NCBI GenBank assembly: GCA_965195345.1
Contig: OZ239628.1
Span: forward strand, 960,001 to 1,024,000
From: an uncultured Thiomicrospira sp.
Lineage (GTDB): Bacteria > Pseudomonadota > Gammaproteobacteria > CAKMZV01
Length of the DNA stretch: 64,000 nucleotides
Reading direction: 5' to 3'
The translations under genes were made by a program, and so were the position numbers. The notes under the pieces are model-generated. The model had not been told where the DNA came from and did not search any database. It saw only the letters and a list, made by a program, of their open reading frames with translations. This document shows, piece by piece, positions 51,965 to 61,084 of the stretch. The number at the start of each line of letters is the position of its first letter. Position 1 is the stretch's first letter.

Positions 51965-54280
51965 CTATACAGCTTCCTTGTATAAATGTTCCTGAAACTC
52001 TATGAACGTACGCCGTATATCTTGAAAGTTGCCCAGCTGCTGCTCTGCTGCGTGCGTGCTTCCATACTTTGCTATAAGCACGGTGCTTAGTTTTGTGTCA
52101 TCTAATTCGTCAACGCCAACCTCAACATAATTACGCAGCACATAACTGACAAACGCACGTTGCTGATCATTCAGCAGCGTGTATATATTATCTTCGTTTG
52201 TTTTCACACGTGCAGCACGTTTGACTGTTTCTTTGGCGTATGCAACGTATTGCAGCACATCGAATAAATCGCTGTCTTCCGCGTTTATGAGTTCCTGCAA
52301 CTTGAGCAAATCATCTTTATGGCAACCTTCTTTTTCCAAGTTATTCATTAAGTCTCTGCGAGTGAGTGGATTTGCCCAAATTTCTCGTAGTTTTTCTTCA
52401 CTACCAAATAAGCTTGGCAACTGCAGCGTATCAAACAGTTTTTGTAAAAACTCTTCAGCGCTTATGGGTTTTCCATCAACATAAAAGTAAGTGGAAGTCA
52501 TACTTTGCAGTTCGCGCACTTTGCCGTCGGCAAGACGTATTTTTAGCTTCTCAGGTTTGTCGCCATCGCCTCCGCCTTTACCTCCGTCCCCGCCATCTTC
52601 ACCAGCACCAGTGCCGCCAGTACTACCACGACCAGTGTCTATCGGCTCTTGGGGTTCGCCATCCCACTCGTCGTCAAGGAACAAGTGATAAGCATTAACA
52701 AAATCTACGATTGTGAAATAATGTTTGCCTTCAAACAGCCGCGTACCGCGTCCAATAATCTGCTTAAACTCAATCATGCTGTTTACAGGACGCAGTAGGA
52801 CAATGTTGCGCACATTGCGTGCATCAACGCCTGTAGTGAGTTTTTGGCTGGTAGTCAGGATTGTTGGGATAGCTTTTTCGTTGTCTTGAAACTGCTTTAG
52901 ATAGGCTTCCCCAATCTTGCCGTCATCAGCCGTGACACGCACACAGTAGTCCACAGATGTGTTGCGTGCTTCCTGATTAATTAAATCTCGTATCATTGCA
53001 GCATGTGCTTGGTTAGCACAGAACACGATGGTTTTTTCGTTTTGATTTATTGCTGCAAGCATATCCTGCACTCGCTTGCGTTCTCGCGCTTTAATCTCAA
53101 TCTTCTTGTTGAAGTCTTTCTCTTCGTAGACATACCCTTCACGCACTTGACCTTCAATGACTTCGTCATCTGAGGTGTACACATATTCATCGATTGAGGT
53201 TTGAATACGCTTTACTTTGAATGGGGTTAAAAAACCGTCTTGAATGCCTTCTTTGAGGCTGTAGATATAAACAGGTTCGCCAAAATAGTCATACGTGTCC
53301 ACGTTGTCATCACGCTTTGGCGTAGCAGTTAAGCCGAGATGCACAGCACTGTCGAAGTGATTAAGTATATCTCTCCAACTGCTTTCGTCATTAGCGCCAC
53401 CTCTGTGGCACTCATCAATAATTACAAAGTCAAAAAAGTCTTTTTCGTATTCGCCAAAGTAAGGTTTGCCATCCGCGCCACTCATGAATGTTTGAAAGAT
53501 TGTGAAGAACACACTGCCGTTTTTTGGCACTTCGCCTTTTTTGCTTATCTCGCTGGGGTTTATTCGTATCAGTGCATCATCGCTAAATGCGCCAAAGTCC
53601 AAAAAGGCTTGATTGGCTAAGATATTTCTATCGGCGAGAAACAGTATTCTTGGCGTACGCTTGCCGTCACGCTGCTTGTTCCAGCGACTTTTAAACAGCT
53701 TCCATGCAATCTGAAACGCAATAAACGTTTTGCCTGTACCTGTTGCCAGTGTCAGTAGGGTACGTTTTTCGTCATTGGCAATGGCTGTCATTACGTTATT
53801 AACAGCCAGTTCCTGATAATAGCGTGCCTGCTTCGTTCCGTTTAAGTTTTCAAATGGAACAGCATTAAATTTCTCAAGCCATTCATTAGGCTCAGCAAAG
53901 GTTTTATTCCATAGTTCTTCAGGCGTTGGAAAAGCAGTTACTAATCCCTCTGTGCCTGTTTTGTGGCAGATTTGATAAATTTCATTGCCGTTGGCAGCGT
54001 AGCTGGTTTCGAGATGCAGTTTTTGTGCATACAGCTTTGCTTGTGCTACGCCTTCGCTAACTTCTAACTCGTTGTTCTTTGCTTCAACTACAGCCAGCTT
54101 GCGGTTTTTATAACTCAGTACATAGTCAGCACTCAGTATGCCTTGGCGAATACCGCCCGCTTTTATCTCGCCTGCATTGATCTTGTATTCACGCTGAACA
54201 CGTACGTCACCGCCAGTAATCCAGCCAGCGGCTTCAAGCTGTTTGTCGATAAATTCAGCACGTGTATCAGCTTCGTTCAT
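51965..54280 (-). CDS. hsdR: Type I restriction enzyme R subunit (EcoAI-like)
   Basis: NEADTR, ADY...VEAK, ATGTGKT, DECH, LTATP, QIIGRGTR. Confidence 0.93.
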   Translation of the reverse strand: MNEADTRAEFIDKQLEAAGWITGGDVRVQREYKINAGEIKAGGIRQGILSADYVLSYKNRKLAVVEAKNNELEVSEGVAQAKLYAQKLHLETSYAANGNEIYQICHKTGTEGLVTAFPTPEELWNKTFAEPNEWLEKFNAVPFENLNGTKQARYYQELAVNNVMTAIANDEKRTLLTLATGTGKTFIAFQIAWKLFKSRWNKQRDGKRTPRILFLADRNILANQAFLDFGAFSDDALIRINPSEISKKGEVPKNGSVFFTIFQTFMSGADGKPYFGEYEKDFFDFVIIDECHRGGANDESSWRDILNHFDSAVHLGLTATPKRDDNVDTYDYFGEPVYIYSLKEGIQDGFLTPFKVKRIQTSIDEYVYTSDDEVIEGQVREGYVYEEKDFNKKIEIKARERKRVQDMLAAINQNEKTIVFCANQAHAAMIRDLINQEARNTSVDYCVRVTADDGKIGEAYLKQFQDNEKAIPTILTTSQKLTTGVDARNVRNIVLLRPVNSMIEFKQIIGRGTRLFEGKHYFTIVDFVNAYHLFLDDEWDGEPQEPIDTGRGSTGGTGAGEDGGDGGKGGGDGDKPEKLKIRLADGKVRELQSMTSTYFYVDGKPISAEEFLQKLFDTLQLPSLFGSEEKLREIWANPLTRRDLMNNLEKEGCHKDDLLKLQELINAEDSDLFDVLQYVAYAKETVKRAARVKTNEDNIYTLLNDQQRAFVSYVLRNYVEVGVDELDDTKLSTVLIAKYGSTHAAEQQLGNFQDIRRTFIEFQEHLYKEAV

Positions 54281-55440
54281 ACAGCCTCCCTTTGCAGTTC
54301 TTGTGCGAGGATGGCGGATTTCAACTTCTTTAATTCGTTTGTTTTTTTTACTTCTACTAGCAAGGTTTTTTCAACGTGTATTTTTGCACTCACCACCATA
54401 TTAAGCAGTCTCTCAAGCATTTCTCCATCTGGGCACGGAATGGGTATTTCATTGAGCTTTTTTTGGTTAAGTTTTGGTTGTGCCATACCTGAGATATACT
54501 GCGATAGATTTGTAGCATTCAGATATAGCTCAACCCATTTTTGTAATTTGGAATTTTCAAATTTCAGCACATGAGCATGATTGTTTACCCAACATTTTCC
54601 GCTTACAGAAAAAGCTATCGGATACGCCCTCATAAGCAGGTTTGCACCATCTTCAGAAATAAGCAGTAAATCATCGTCAAAGATGTACTCCTCAACATAA
54701 TCTACAATTCCGCTAGCGCCATAATACGGCACGTTACCAACTACTCGTTTAGATTTTGTAATTGGAATTCGCTTTGCATCTAGATTTTCAGAGAGATGCG
54801 ATAGATTTTTGATTTCCCACCGATACAAATCATTATTTAGAATTTCACGCATTATGCCCGACGACAAATTAGTATAGTTTGAGATTTTATCGTCTGTAAT
54901 TTTTATCGTTTCATCAATCTCAGCAAACGCAGCATCCAGTTTGGCTACGATGCGTTGTTGTTCTGCGAGAGGGGGGAGTGGAACGACAATCTCTTTGTAC
55001 TGGGCAAGCTGAAGGTTTCGTATGCCTGTTGAGTGACGCTGCATAGGTTCTGTCTTTCCACTAAGATAAAGGAAGTGTAGAAAACGATGAAGAAACTGTG
55101 CATCAAGCTCACTTTCGTCAAATACCCTTAGTCGCGCTGTGAAGTTGCTTAGTGAGTATGGAATATCTGCCGATGCATTATGAATACAAACTCTCCCAAC
55201 TGGCGTTTTATCACCACCACCAGACTTTTCTAAGATGATGTCATGCTTTTTAACTTCTCTCTTTTCTAGTTGCTTTGCTTCAACATCAAGTTCAACAACC
55301 TCTGAGTAGTCAAGTTGTCCAGAAGAAGTAAAGTTAGTATTACGTAATACTAACGCTTTAACGAATGGTTCCTTCTTTCCTTTCCATAGTCCGCTTTGAA
55401 TGCCACATAACTCCGATAGCTTTTTTATCTTCCACATCAC
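54277..55440 (-). CDS. hsdS: Type I R-M specificity subunit
   Basis: Two TRDs separated by PLPPLAEQQRIVAKLD; C-terminal LKSAIL. Confidence 0.92.
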   Translation of the reverse strand: MMWKIKKLSELCGIQSGLWKGKKEPFVKALVLRNTNFTSSGQLDYSEVVELDVEAKQLEKREVKKHDIILEKSGGGDKTPVGRVCIHNASADIPYSLSNFTARLRVFDESELDAQFLHRFLHFLYLSGKTEPMQRHSTGIRNLQLAQYKEIVVPLPPLAEQQRIVAKLDAAFAEIDETIKITDDKISNYTNLSSGIMREILNNDLYRWEIKNLSHLSENLDAKRIPITKSKRVVGNVPYYGASGIVDYVEEYIFDDDLLLISEDGANLLMRAYPIAFSVSGKCWVNNHAHVLKFENSKLQKWVELYLNATNLSQYISGMAQPKLNQKKLNEIPIPCPDGEMLERLLNMVVSAKIHVEKTLLVEVKKTNELKKLKSAILAQELQREAV

Positions 55441-56888
55441 AGCAACTCCTTGATTGCCTGCAATGCTTGTGCTGCTTGCACATCTAACTGTTCAATCTCT
55501 GCGATGATTTCTTGCGGTGTACGATTATCTACTTCTTCAACGGTGTTTGGATTGTTAACAGTTAAATCCCATGTATCTTTGTTTACCGTTGCTCCATCGA
55601 CCAACCAGCTGTTGTCACTCAGCTGTTGCGTTTTAGCCATCTCAACAAATTCAGCTAAATCCTTTTCATTGAGCGGGTTTGTCTTACCCATATTTCTGCC
55701 AACATTGAGTTGGTAGTACCAAATGTTCTCAGTGGGTTTGCCCTTTTCGAAAAACAAGACAACCGTTTTAACGCCTGTGCCAATAAATGCTCCACTGGGT
55801 AAGTCCAGCACAGCAAACAGATTGCATTCTTCGAGCAACTGCCTACGCAGTGCAACGCTGGCATTGTCTGTATTGCTGAGAAAGGTGTTTTTAATCACAA
55901 TGCCACAGCGTCCGTTTACTTTGAGCATCTTTATAAAATGCTGCAGGAACAGATACGCTGTTTCGCTGGTGGCTACTGGGAAGTTTTGCTGTACTTCTGC
56001 ACGCTCTTTTCCGCCGAACGGGGGATTAGCGAGCACAACATCCACTCTATCTTTTTGCTGTATGTCAGCAATGTTTTCGCCAAGCGTATTTGTGTGCACA
56101 ATGTTGGGCGCTTCAATGCCATGCAGTATCATGTTCATTATGCCAATCACGTAGGCTAATGACTTTTTCTCTTTGCCATACAAGGTATGTGATTGCAGCT
56201 GCTCATACTTGCGAGCACTAAGTTCCTTGCTGCGCATGTGAGAGTACGCTTCACATAAAAATCCTGCACTACCCACAGCACCGTCATAAACAGTTTCACC
56301 GATAACTGGATTAATAACTTTGACAATGCTTTTGATGAGTGGACGAGGCGTGTAATATTCGCCGCCATTCCTGCCAGCATTCCCCATGTTCTTGATTTTG
56401 TCTTCGTACAAGCTGCTAAGCTCATGCTTGTCGTCATTGCTGAGAAAGCTGAGTTCGTCTATTTTGTTGATTACTTCACGCAGGGCATAGCCACTTTGCA
56501 ACTTGTTGCTTATCTCGCTGAAGATTTCGCCGATTTTGTATTCCAGCGTATTGGCACTGTCTGCGGATATTTTGAATTGCTTGAGATAGGGAAACAATTT
56601 GAAGTTAACAAACTCGCGTAAATCATCGCCTGTGAGTGCTGCGTTGTGATCCAGCTTGCCATCGCTGGATTTGGGTGTTGCCCAAGTTTTCCAGCTAAAT
56701 TCATCACTCAGTATCGAGTTGTAAACTTCACCATTGAGCGATGCGGAGTTGGCTTTTTCAGTCTCGTAGTCATCCAAGTACTTTAGAAACAGTATCCAGC
56801 TTGTCTGCTCGATGTAGTCAAGCTCACTGCTGCAACCAGCGTCTTTCCATAAAGTATCATCAATATTCTTAAACGCTGCTTCGTACAT
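55437..56888 (-). CDS. hsdM: Type I R-M N6-adenine methyltransferase
   Basis: GEYYTPR, YDGAVGSAGFL, NPPF. Confidence 0.95.
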   Translation of the reverse strand: MYEAAFKNIDDTLWKDAGCSSELDYIEQTSWILFLKYLDDYETEKANSASLNGEVYNSILSDEFSWKTWATPKSSDGKLDHNAALTGDDLREFVNFKLFPYLKQFKISADSANTLEYKIGEIFSEISNKLQSGYALREVINKIDELSFLSNDDKHELSSLYEDKIKNMGNAGRNGGEYYTPRPLIKSIVKVINPVIGETVYDGAVGSAGFLCEAYSHMRSKELSARKYEQLQSHTLYGKEKKSLAYVIGIMNMILHGIEAPNIVHTNTLGENIADIQQKDRVDVVLANPPFGGKERAEVQQNFPVATSETAYLFLQHFIKMLKVNGRCGIVIKNTFLSNTDNASVALRRQLLEECNLFAVLDLPSGAFIGTGVKTVVLFFEKGKPTENIWYYQLNVGRNMGKTNPLNEKDLAEFVEMAKTQQLSDNSWLVDGATVNKDTWDLTVNNPNTVEEVDNRTPQEIIAEIEQLDVQAAQALQAIKELL

Positions 56889-56906
56889 TGAGTGCTTATC
56901 CTTAAA

Positions 56907-57053
56907 TTACTTTGGTTTTCTGCCTTCGGCAATTGAGCCTTTTAGCATCCCAGCAGTAAAGCCGAACTCTTTACAAAGTCGTTTCACTTCTTTCAATGCA
57001 TTAGCACGTTTGTTTTTCTGTGCTTTAACCATCTGCTGCTGAATTGCTTTCAT
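56907..57053 (-). CDS. Small protein resembling an H-NS N-terminal oligomerisation domain
   Basis: Below the ORF-track cutoff: MKAIQQQMVKAQKNKRANALKEVKRLCKEFGFTAGMLKGSIAEGRKPK, ending 18 nt upstream of hsdM. Confidence 0.55.
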   Translation of the reverse strand: MKAIQQQMVKAQKNKRANALKEVKRLCKEFGFTAGMLKGSIAEGRKPK

Positions 57054-57508
57054 TTCAGCTTTCAACTTGTCATGTGATTTTATCAGACACTTACTTTGAA
57101 TAAGTGTCTGTGACAGCGTATAGGTTTGTTATTAGGTTGAAAAGCACGTTTTCTACGTCTAATGTTATGTGTTGTAATTAGGCAAAAGTATTTCAGCGTC
57201 TCACTATGCCAGTCCGTTTACTTGTCAATCACATAGCCATACGGCTACAAACCGTACAGTTTTGACGGTTTTAACTATACAGTAACTTACTGGTTTTTTG
57301 ATTCGGTAACGGTGGTTGTGGACGGATAGGTGTAAAGTCAGTTCGTTCTGTGTCTTTTTTTAAGTGCCAAGTTTGCTCGCAGAGTTACTATGATTTCCAG
57401 TAGTCACACGTTTGTGCAACATTCTGTGTAACTGCATGAGAAAACCTCAATTAAAGCAACGATTGATTTTTTTATGTAAAAGTAATGTGCAAGTTAAATA
57501 TAGTTTAA

Positions 57509-57700
57509 AATCAATGACTTAAAATATAAAAGCTATTCCCACTCAATGAGTAATACTCTCTGAAACCCTTTATTTAAAGGGGTTTTAAAAAAGTTTGTAT
57601 TAACTTTGTATAAGAGAGGTTTCATTTTCTACCCATTGTTGTATGACTATACCTATAACCTAGGTGTTTCATACAAAGTTTGTATCAGAAAATTATACAT
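57509..57700. repeat. att-like site copy 1: IHF box, duplicated guaA 3' end, palindrome, arm repeats
   Basis: AATCAATGACTTA (57509-57521, matches WATCAANNNNTTR); CTATTCCCACTCAAT = I-E-W-E-stop of guaA; aaagtttgtattaactttgtat; tttcatacaaagtt. Confidence 0.85.
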
Positions 57701-57834
57701 GTTTTGTTCACTGACTCACTGTGTCAGAAGATAAAATACTGCCCTGGTCTAACTGGTTTTTCTTGGTTGATTCAATGAAGATTAAAGTGAAAAAGGAGAC
57801 TCAATCCTACCTTATCAATTGCGAACCGATTGTT

Positions 57835-58035
57835 TCAGCAACAAGCATCTCCCTCTTGAATAGGCGGACAAACAACATCTCCAAAAGAACAAAAAATACA
57901 GCAATCACCCTTATTAGGTTTTAAAAGTGCTTTACAATTTGCACATTCATAAAAAAATTGACAACTATTAGTCGGCATTGTTTCAGTTTTTTTATATCCA
58001 CAATTAGGGCAAGTTATAGTTGAGTTTAATTCCAT
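57835..58035 (-). CDS. GDCCVxC-domain small Cys-rich metal-binding protein
   Basis: ITCPNCG...MPT.SC..FYEC..C...LKP..GDCCIFCS.G...CPP. Confidence 0.85.
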   Translation of the reverse strand: MELNSTITCPNCGYKKTETMPTNSCQFFYECANCKALLKPNKGDCCIFCSFGDVVCPPIQEGDACC

Positions 58036-58038
58036 TTA

Positions 58039-58419
58039 TCAACACCTTTTAGATATGGGTTTTATCACATCAATTATTGCCACAAAAGACATCAACAAAA
58101 GTGCCACATAAAAAATCGTCCTACTAAATGCAAATTCCCAAAAGACATAGAGAACTAAAAAAATCACAAACGGACTTGTAGTATTTAAAAAACCACGCAG
58201 ATGGTTTTTATGATTAAACCACGAATATAAATTTGAAACCAAGACTACTAAAGTAAAAAAAGGTAGCAGGTAGTTAATTGCAATACTCTCAAAAACAGAC
58301 AGAAATCCCAACCCCATAACAGAAGCAAGTGAAATGAATGCAGGAAAACATGCGGGACAACTTAAAGCAGCAATCCAAATACCAACAGTTCCTATTTTAT
58401 CTGTATGAAATCTTTTCAT
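58039..58419 (-). CDS. merC: MerC-family mercury transporter-like protein
   Basis: DKIG..G.....CPACFPA......GLGFL with 4 TM segments. Confidence 0.75.
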   Translation of the reverse strand: MKRFHTDKIGTVGIWIAALSCPACFPAFISLASVMGLGFLSVFESIAINYLLPFFTLVVLVSNLYSWFNHKNHLRGFLNTTSPFVIFLVLYVFWEFAFSRTIFYVALLLMSFVAIIDVIKPISKRC

Positions 58420-58427
58420 TATTGCAC

Positions 58428-58590
58428 TCCCACTTAATGAGTTACCCTCTGAAACCCTTTATCTAAAGGGGTTTTAAAAAAGTTTGTATTAACTTTGTAT
58501 GAAACCATGTCCTTGAAACAGTTGTTATTACTGCATTTGTGCGATTTTAGTGTGTTTTCATACAAAGTTTGCATGACAGAATTATAACAT
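58428..58590. repeat. att-like site copy 2
   Basis: TCCCACTTAATGAG...ctctgaaaccctttatctaaaggggttttaaaaaagtttgtattaactttgtat is near-identical to about 57537-57611; perfect 14-bp inverted repeat at 58491-58504 / 58556-58569. Confidence 0.88.
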
Positions 58591-58695
58591 ACAATTATTT
58601 CCAAAAACCCCCTTATCAAAATCCAAACTCAATGAGATACTGAAAGAGTAGTTTCAAAAATCATTACATTTGTAGTGTCTTAAAAACTTAATTTT

Positions 58696-58703
58696 TATAA
58701 ATA
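58696..58703 (+). promoter_or_regulatory. TATAAATA, matches the T4-type late promoter consensus
   Basis: Exact octamer 5 nt before the ATG at 58709; could be chance in AT-rich DNA. Confidence 0.4.
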
Positions 58704-58708
58704 CTTTT

Positions 58709-59293
58709 ATGAACTTTTTAAAAGAGAATTTTCAGTCTTCTAATGAACTTGTTAAACAAGTCATGATGCAAGATATACAACGAAGAAGTTATCAAAGATT
58801 TCTAAAGACATTCAAAACTGACAATATGTTATTCCTCGTATTGCACTTGAATAATTACCTGTCTAAAGAACAAAATCCATTTGAGATACAGAAGTCGTTG
58901 AAGAGATTTTTCAGAAGAGTTGATAACAAAGTGTTCAGTAGTAAATCAAACAAACGACTTCAAAGATATGTTGTTATTGAGAACTTAAAGAAACAGAAAC
59001 ATCAGAAAAGACTTCACTCTTCTAGAGTATCTAACAGAACTCATGTTCAGATTGCGATTGATGTTCCTAGACATCTCACAAAGAGTAAGTTGAGAGATAT
59101 CATTCGTAGTTCTTTAGATAATCAGATATGCAATCTATCTCATGTTGATGTTGTTGATAGATACGATGAACTGATTGATTACAACACGAAAGATATGTAT
59201 TCAATCAAACCAACAGATACAGATATAACATTTGATGAAGTGAACTCATACAGAGTAAAGAAGAGAGTTCATGAACATCGTGAAGTGCATTAA
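58709..59293 (+). CDS. Putative HUH-superfamily rolling-circle initiator-like protein
   Basis: Motif order FLVLHL (I), THVQIAI (II, HUQ variant), YNTK (III, YxxK); no Gly or Trp. Confidence 0.55.
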   Translation: MNFLKENFQSSNELVKQVMMQDIQRRSYQRFLKTFKTDNMLFLVLHLNNYLSKEQNPFEIQKSLKRFFRRVDNKVFSSKSNKRLQRYVVIENLKKQKHQKRLHSSRVSNRTHVQIAIDVPRHLTKSKLRDIIRSSLDNQICNLSHVDVVDRYDELIDYNTKDMYSIKPTDTDITFDEVNSYRVKKRVHEHREVH

Positions 59294-59340
59294 CTTGCCG
59301 AGAATCAGTCTTTACTGACTCTCAAAATGTTTATTTCGTT

Positions 59341-59577
59341 ATGAAGTGCATTGAGTTGCATTGTGATTTTTATTGTCTGAATAATGAGAAAAGAGATATG
59401 ACAATTGCAAAGAGTAATAGATGCAGAGAACTGTTAAAAGAACTAGAACAGATTCAATACGACTATCTAGAAACCAACATGATTAGACTGACAGAAACAG
59501 AGAAACGATTCTACAAACATCGTAAGAAGATTATTCTCAAATATGTGTCAGATTATCTAGATACACAAAACGCATAA
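59341..59577 (+). CDS. Hypothetical protein (start may be ATG 59398)
   Basis: ORF in the element's + strand gene block. Confidence 0.55.
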   Translation: MKCIELHCDFYCLNNEKRDMTIAKSNRCRELLKELEQIQYDYLETNMIRLTETEKRFYKHRKKIILKYVSDYLDTQNA

Positions 59578-59600
59578 ATAGTAGTTAGAGATTAAATTAA

Positions 59601-59993
59601 ATGAAGACTTCATCAAAAATCATTCTAGAGAACATTAGAATTGATAAACAATTAAGAATAAATGTTGCACTCGTTAACGATAAACAATTAAACACATTAT
59701 TTAATGATATAAATCATCACATTGATGAATTAAATAATACCAAGATGAATGAACACGAGAAAATATTCACTCTTGAAACATTGATAAAAGATTTAATTGA
59801 ATTTAATAACAAAACTTTCTTCAAACTTTATACAACTACTAATGAAAAAGTGCGAGAAACAGAACGAGTAAAGAGATTAAAGTCATTTTTAGACATCAGA
59901 AAAGATGTTGAAGATGAATTACCTGTTCCTGATGATGATGAAGATGATGTTCCTTCAATTCCACCTGCATTAAAGAGAAAATTAAACCTATGA
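59601..59993 (+). CDS. Hypothetical helical protein with an acidic C-terminal tail
   Basis: 130 aa, ending DDDEDDVPSIPPALKRKLNL; stop overlaps the next ATG (ATGA). Confidence 0.65.
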   Translation: MKTSSKIILENIRIDKQLRINVALVNDKQLNTLFNDINHHIDELNNTKMNEHEKIFTLETLIKDLIEFNNKTFFKLYTTTNEKVRETERVKRLKSFLDIRKDVEDELPVPDDDEDDVPSIPPALKRKLNL

Positions 59994-60193
59994 AACCAAA
60001 AAGATATTCACAAAATCCTATTCAAGTCAGAATACACAATGTTCAAGAAGACACTTTGAATAAAATAATGAACGATACTGAATATTGCACTAGAAAGAAT
60101 ATTATTTCTAAAAGTGATGCAGTTCGTTCTGCATTATTTTCATTATGTAAAGACTACGAACAAGAGAAATATAATCAGTTAATACAGTCATAA
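59990..60193 (+). CDS. Putative ribbon-helix-helix DNA-binding protein
   Basis: IQVRI strand...L..I...SKSDAVRSAL helix pattern (CopG/Arc-like). Confidence 0.5.
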   Translation: MKPKRYSQNPIQVRIHNVQEDTLNKIMNDTEYCTRKNIISKSDAVRSALFSLCKDYEQEKYNQLIQS

Positions 60194-60275
60194 CTCATTA
60201 CATTAAAACCACTTAATATAGTCGTGTGCGTTCGGGGAAAAGTCAGTCTTAAACAGTTAATACATTGAGAGTCAA

Positions 60276-60404
60276 ATGAACGAAAAAGTCATTCAGAAAC
60301 AACTAGAGTCGTTTGAGAAACAGTTTGATAAGACTGTTCAAGAGTTCAAAAGTCTTCTAAAAGTATTCAAACAAGAATTAAAGAACTCACAAAAGAACAG
60401 ATAG
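60276..60404 (+). CDS. Small coiled-coil-like ORF, 42 aa
   Basis: Manual translation MNEKVIQKQLESFEKQFDKTVQEFKSLLKVFKQELKNSQKNR. Confidence 0.45.
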   Translation: MNEKVIQKQLESFEKQFDKTVQEFKSLLKVFKQELKNSQKNR

Positions 60405-60496
60405 AGTTGTAAATCAAACTAAAGTCTAATTTACACTTTTTCTAGAAAGTGAAATGTTGATTTTAATAGTGTTTCAGAGTGTCTATTTGCAGAAAA

Positions 60497-61084
60497 TTAG
60501 ATAGACATTGATTTACATTGTTGTGCGACTCTCGTATGACTGATTCCTACTCTATCTGCAATCTTTCTATAAGATTTACCTTTCTTTCTTAACTCCATGA
60601 TTTGATATTCAATATCTTCATCAACAACATCTTTTCTTCCAAATTTAACACCATCTTTCAATGCTCTTTTGATTCCGATTATCTGTCTTTCTCTTCTCAT
60701 GTTGTTTTCTAACTCTGCAAAGATTCCAACCATATAGAAGAAACTACTTCCCATAGTTGTAGATGTATCAATTCCTTGTTTGTAAGAATAGATATCAATG
60801 TCTAAATCTTTGAGTTGTGATAGAACAGACACAAGATGTTTCATGTTTCTTCCTAATCTATCTATTGACCAAACGACTAACTTATCAAATTTTTTTCTAG
60901 ATGCATCTTTCAACATTCTCTTTAATTCATCTCGTTCATTAACACCTTTAGTTCCACTTATCGTTTCATCATATTCTTCTACTACAATCCAATCATTTCG
61001 TTCACAGATTTCGTAGAGTTCTAGTCTTTGATTTTCAGTAGTCTGATGACTTGTTGAACATCTCATTAAAATTGCAACTCTCAT
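60497..61084 (-). CDS. Small serine recombinase (resolvase/invertase) with C-terminal HTH
   Basis: MRCST..Q....Q, SG, DRLGR, FAELE, ERQ..G, GKSYRKIA..VG. Confidence 0.92.
   Translation of the reverse strand: MRVAILMRCSTSHQTTENQRLELYEICERNDWIVVEEYDETISGTKGVNERDELKRMLKDASRKKFDKLVVWSIDRLGRNMKHLVSVLSQLKDLDIDIYSYKQGIDTSTTMGSSFFYMVGIFAELENNMRRERQIIGIKRALKDGVKFGRKDVVDEDIEYQIMELRKKGKSYRKIADRVGISHTRVAQQCKSMSI

Noticed and set aside
54277-55440. Phase-variable or invertible hsdS driven by the nearby serine recombinase
   Set aside because: No silent hsdS copy, inverted repeats or simple-sequence tract seen
57100-57500. Possible integron attC or ncRNA upstream of the hsd operon
   Set aside because: No complementary R''/R' boxes or convincing fold could be established by eye
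58434-58619. 61-aa - strand ORF (also 57721-57924, 61181-61651, 62283-62465)
   Set aside because: These run through att repeats or antisense to real genes and have no motifs
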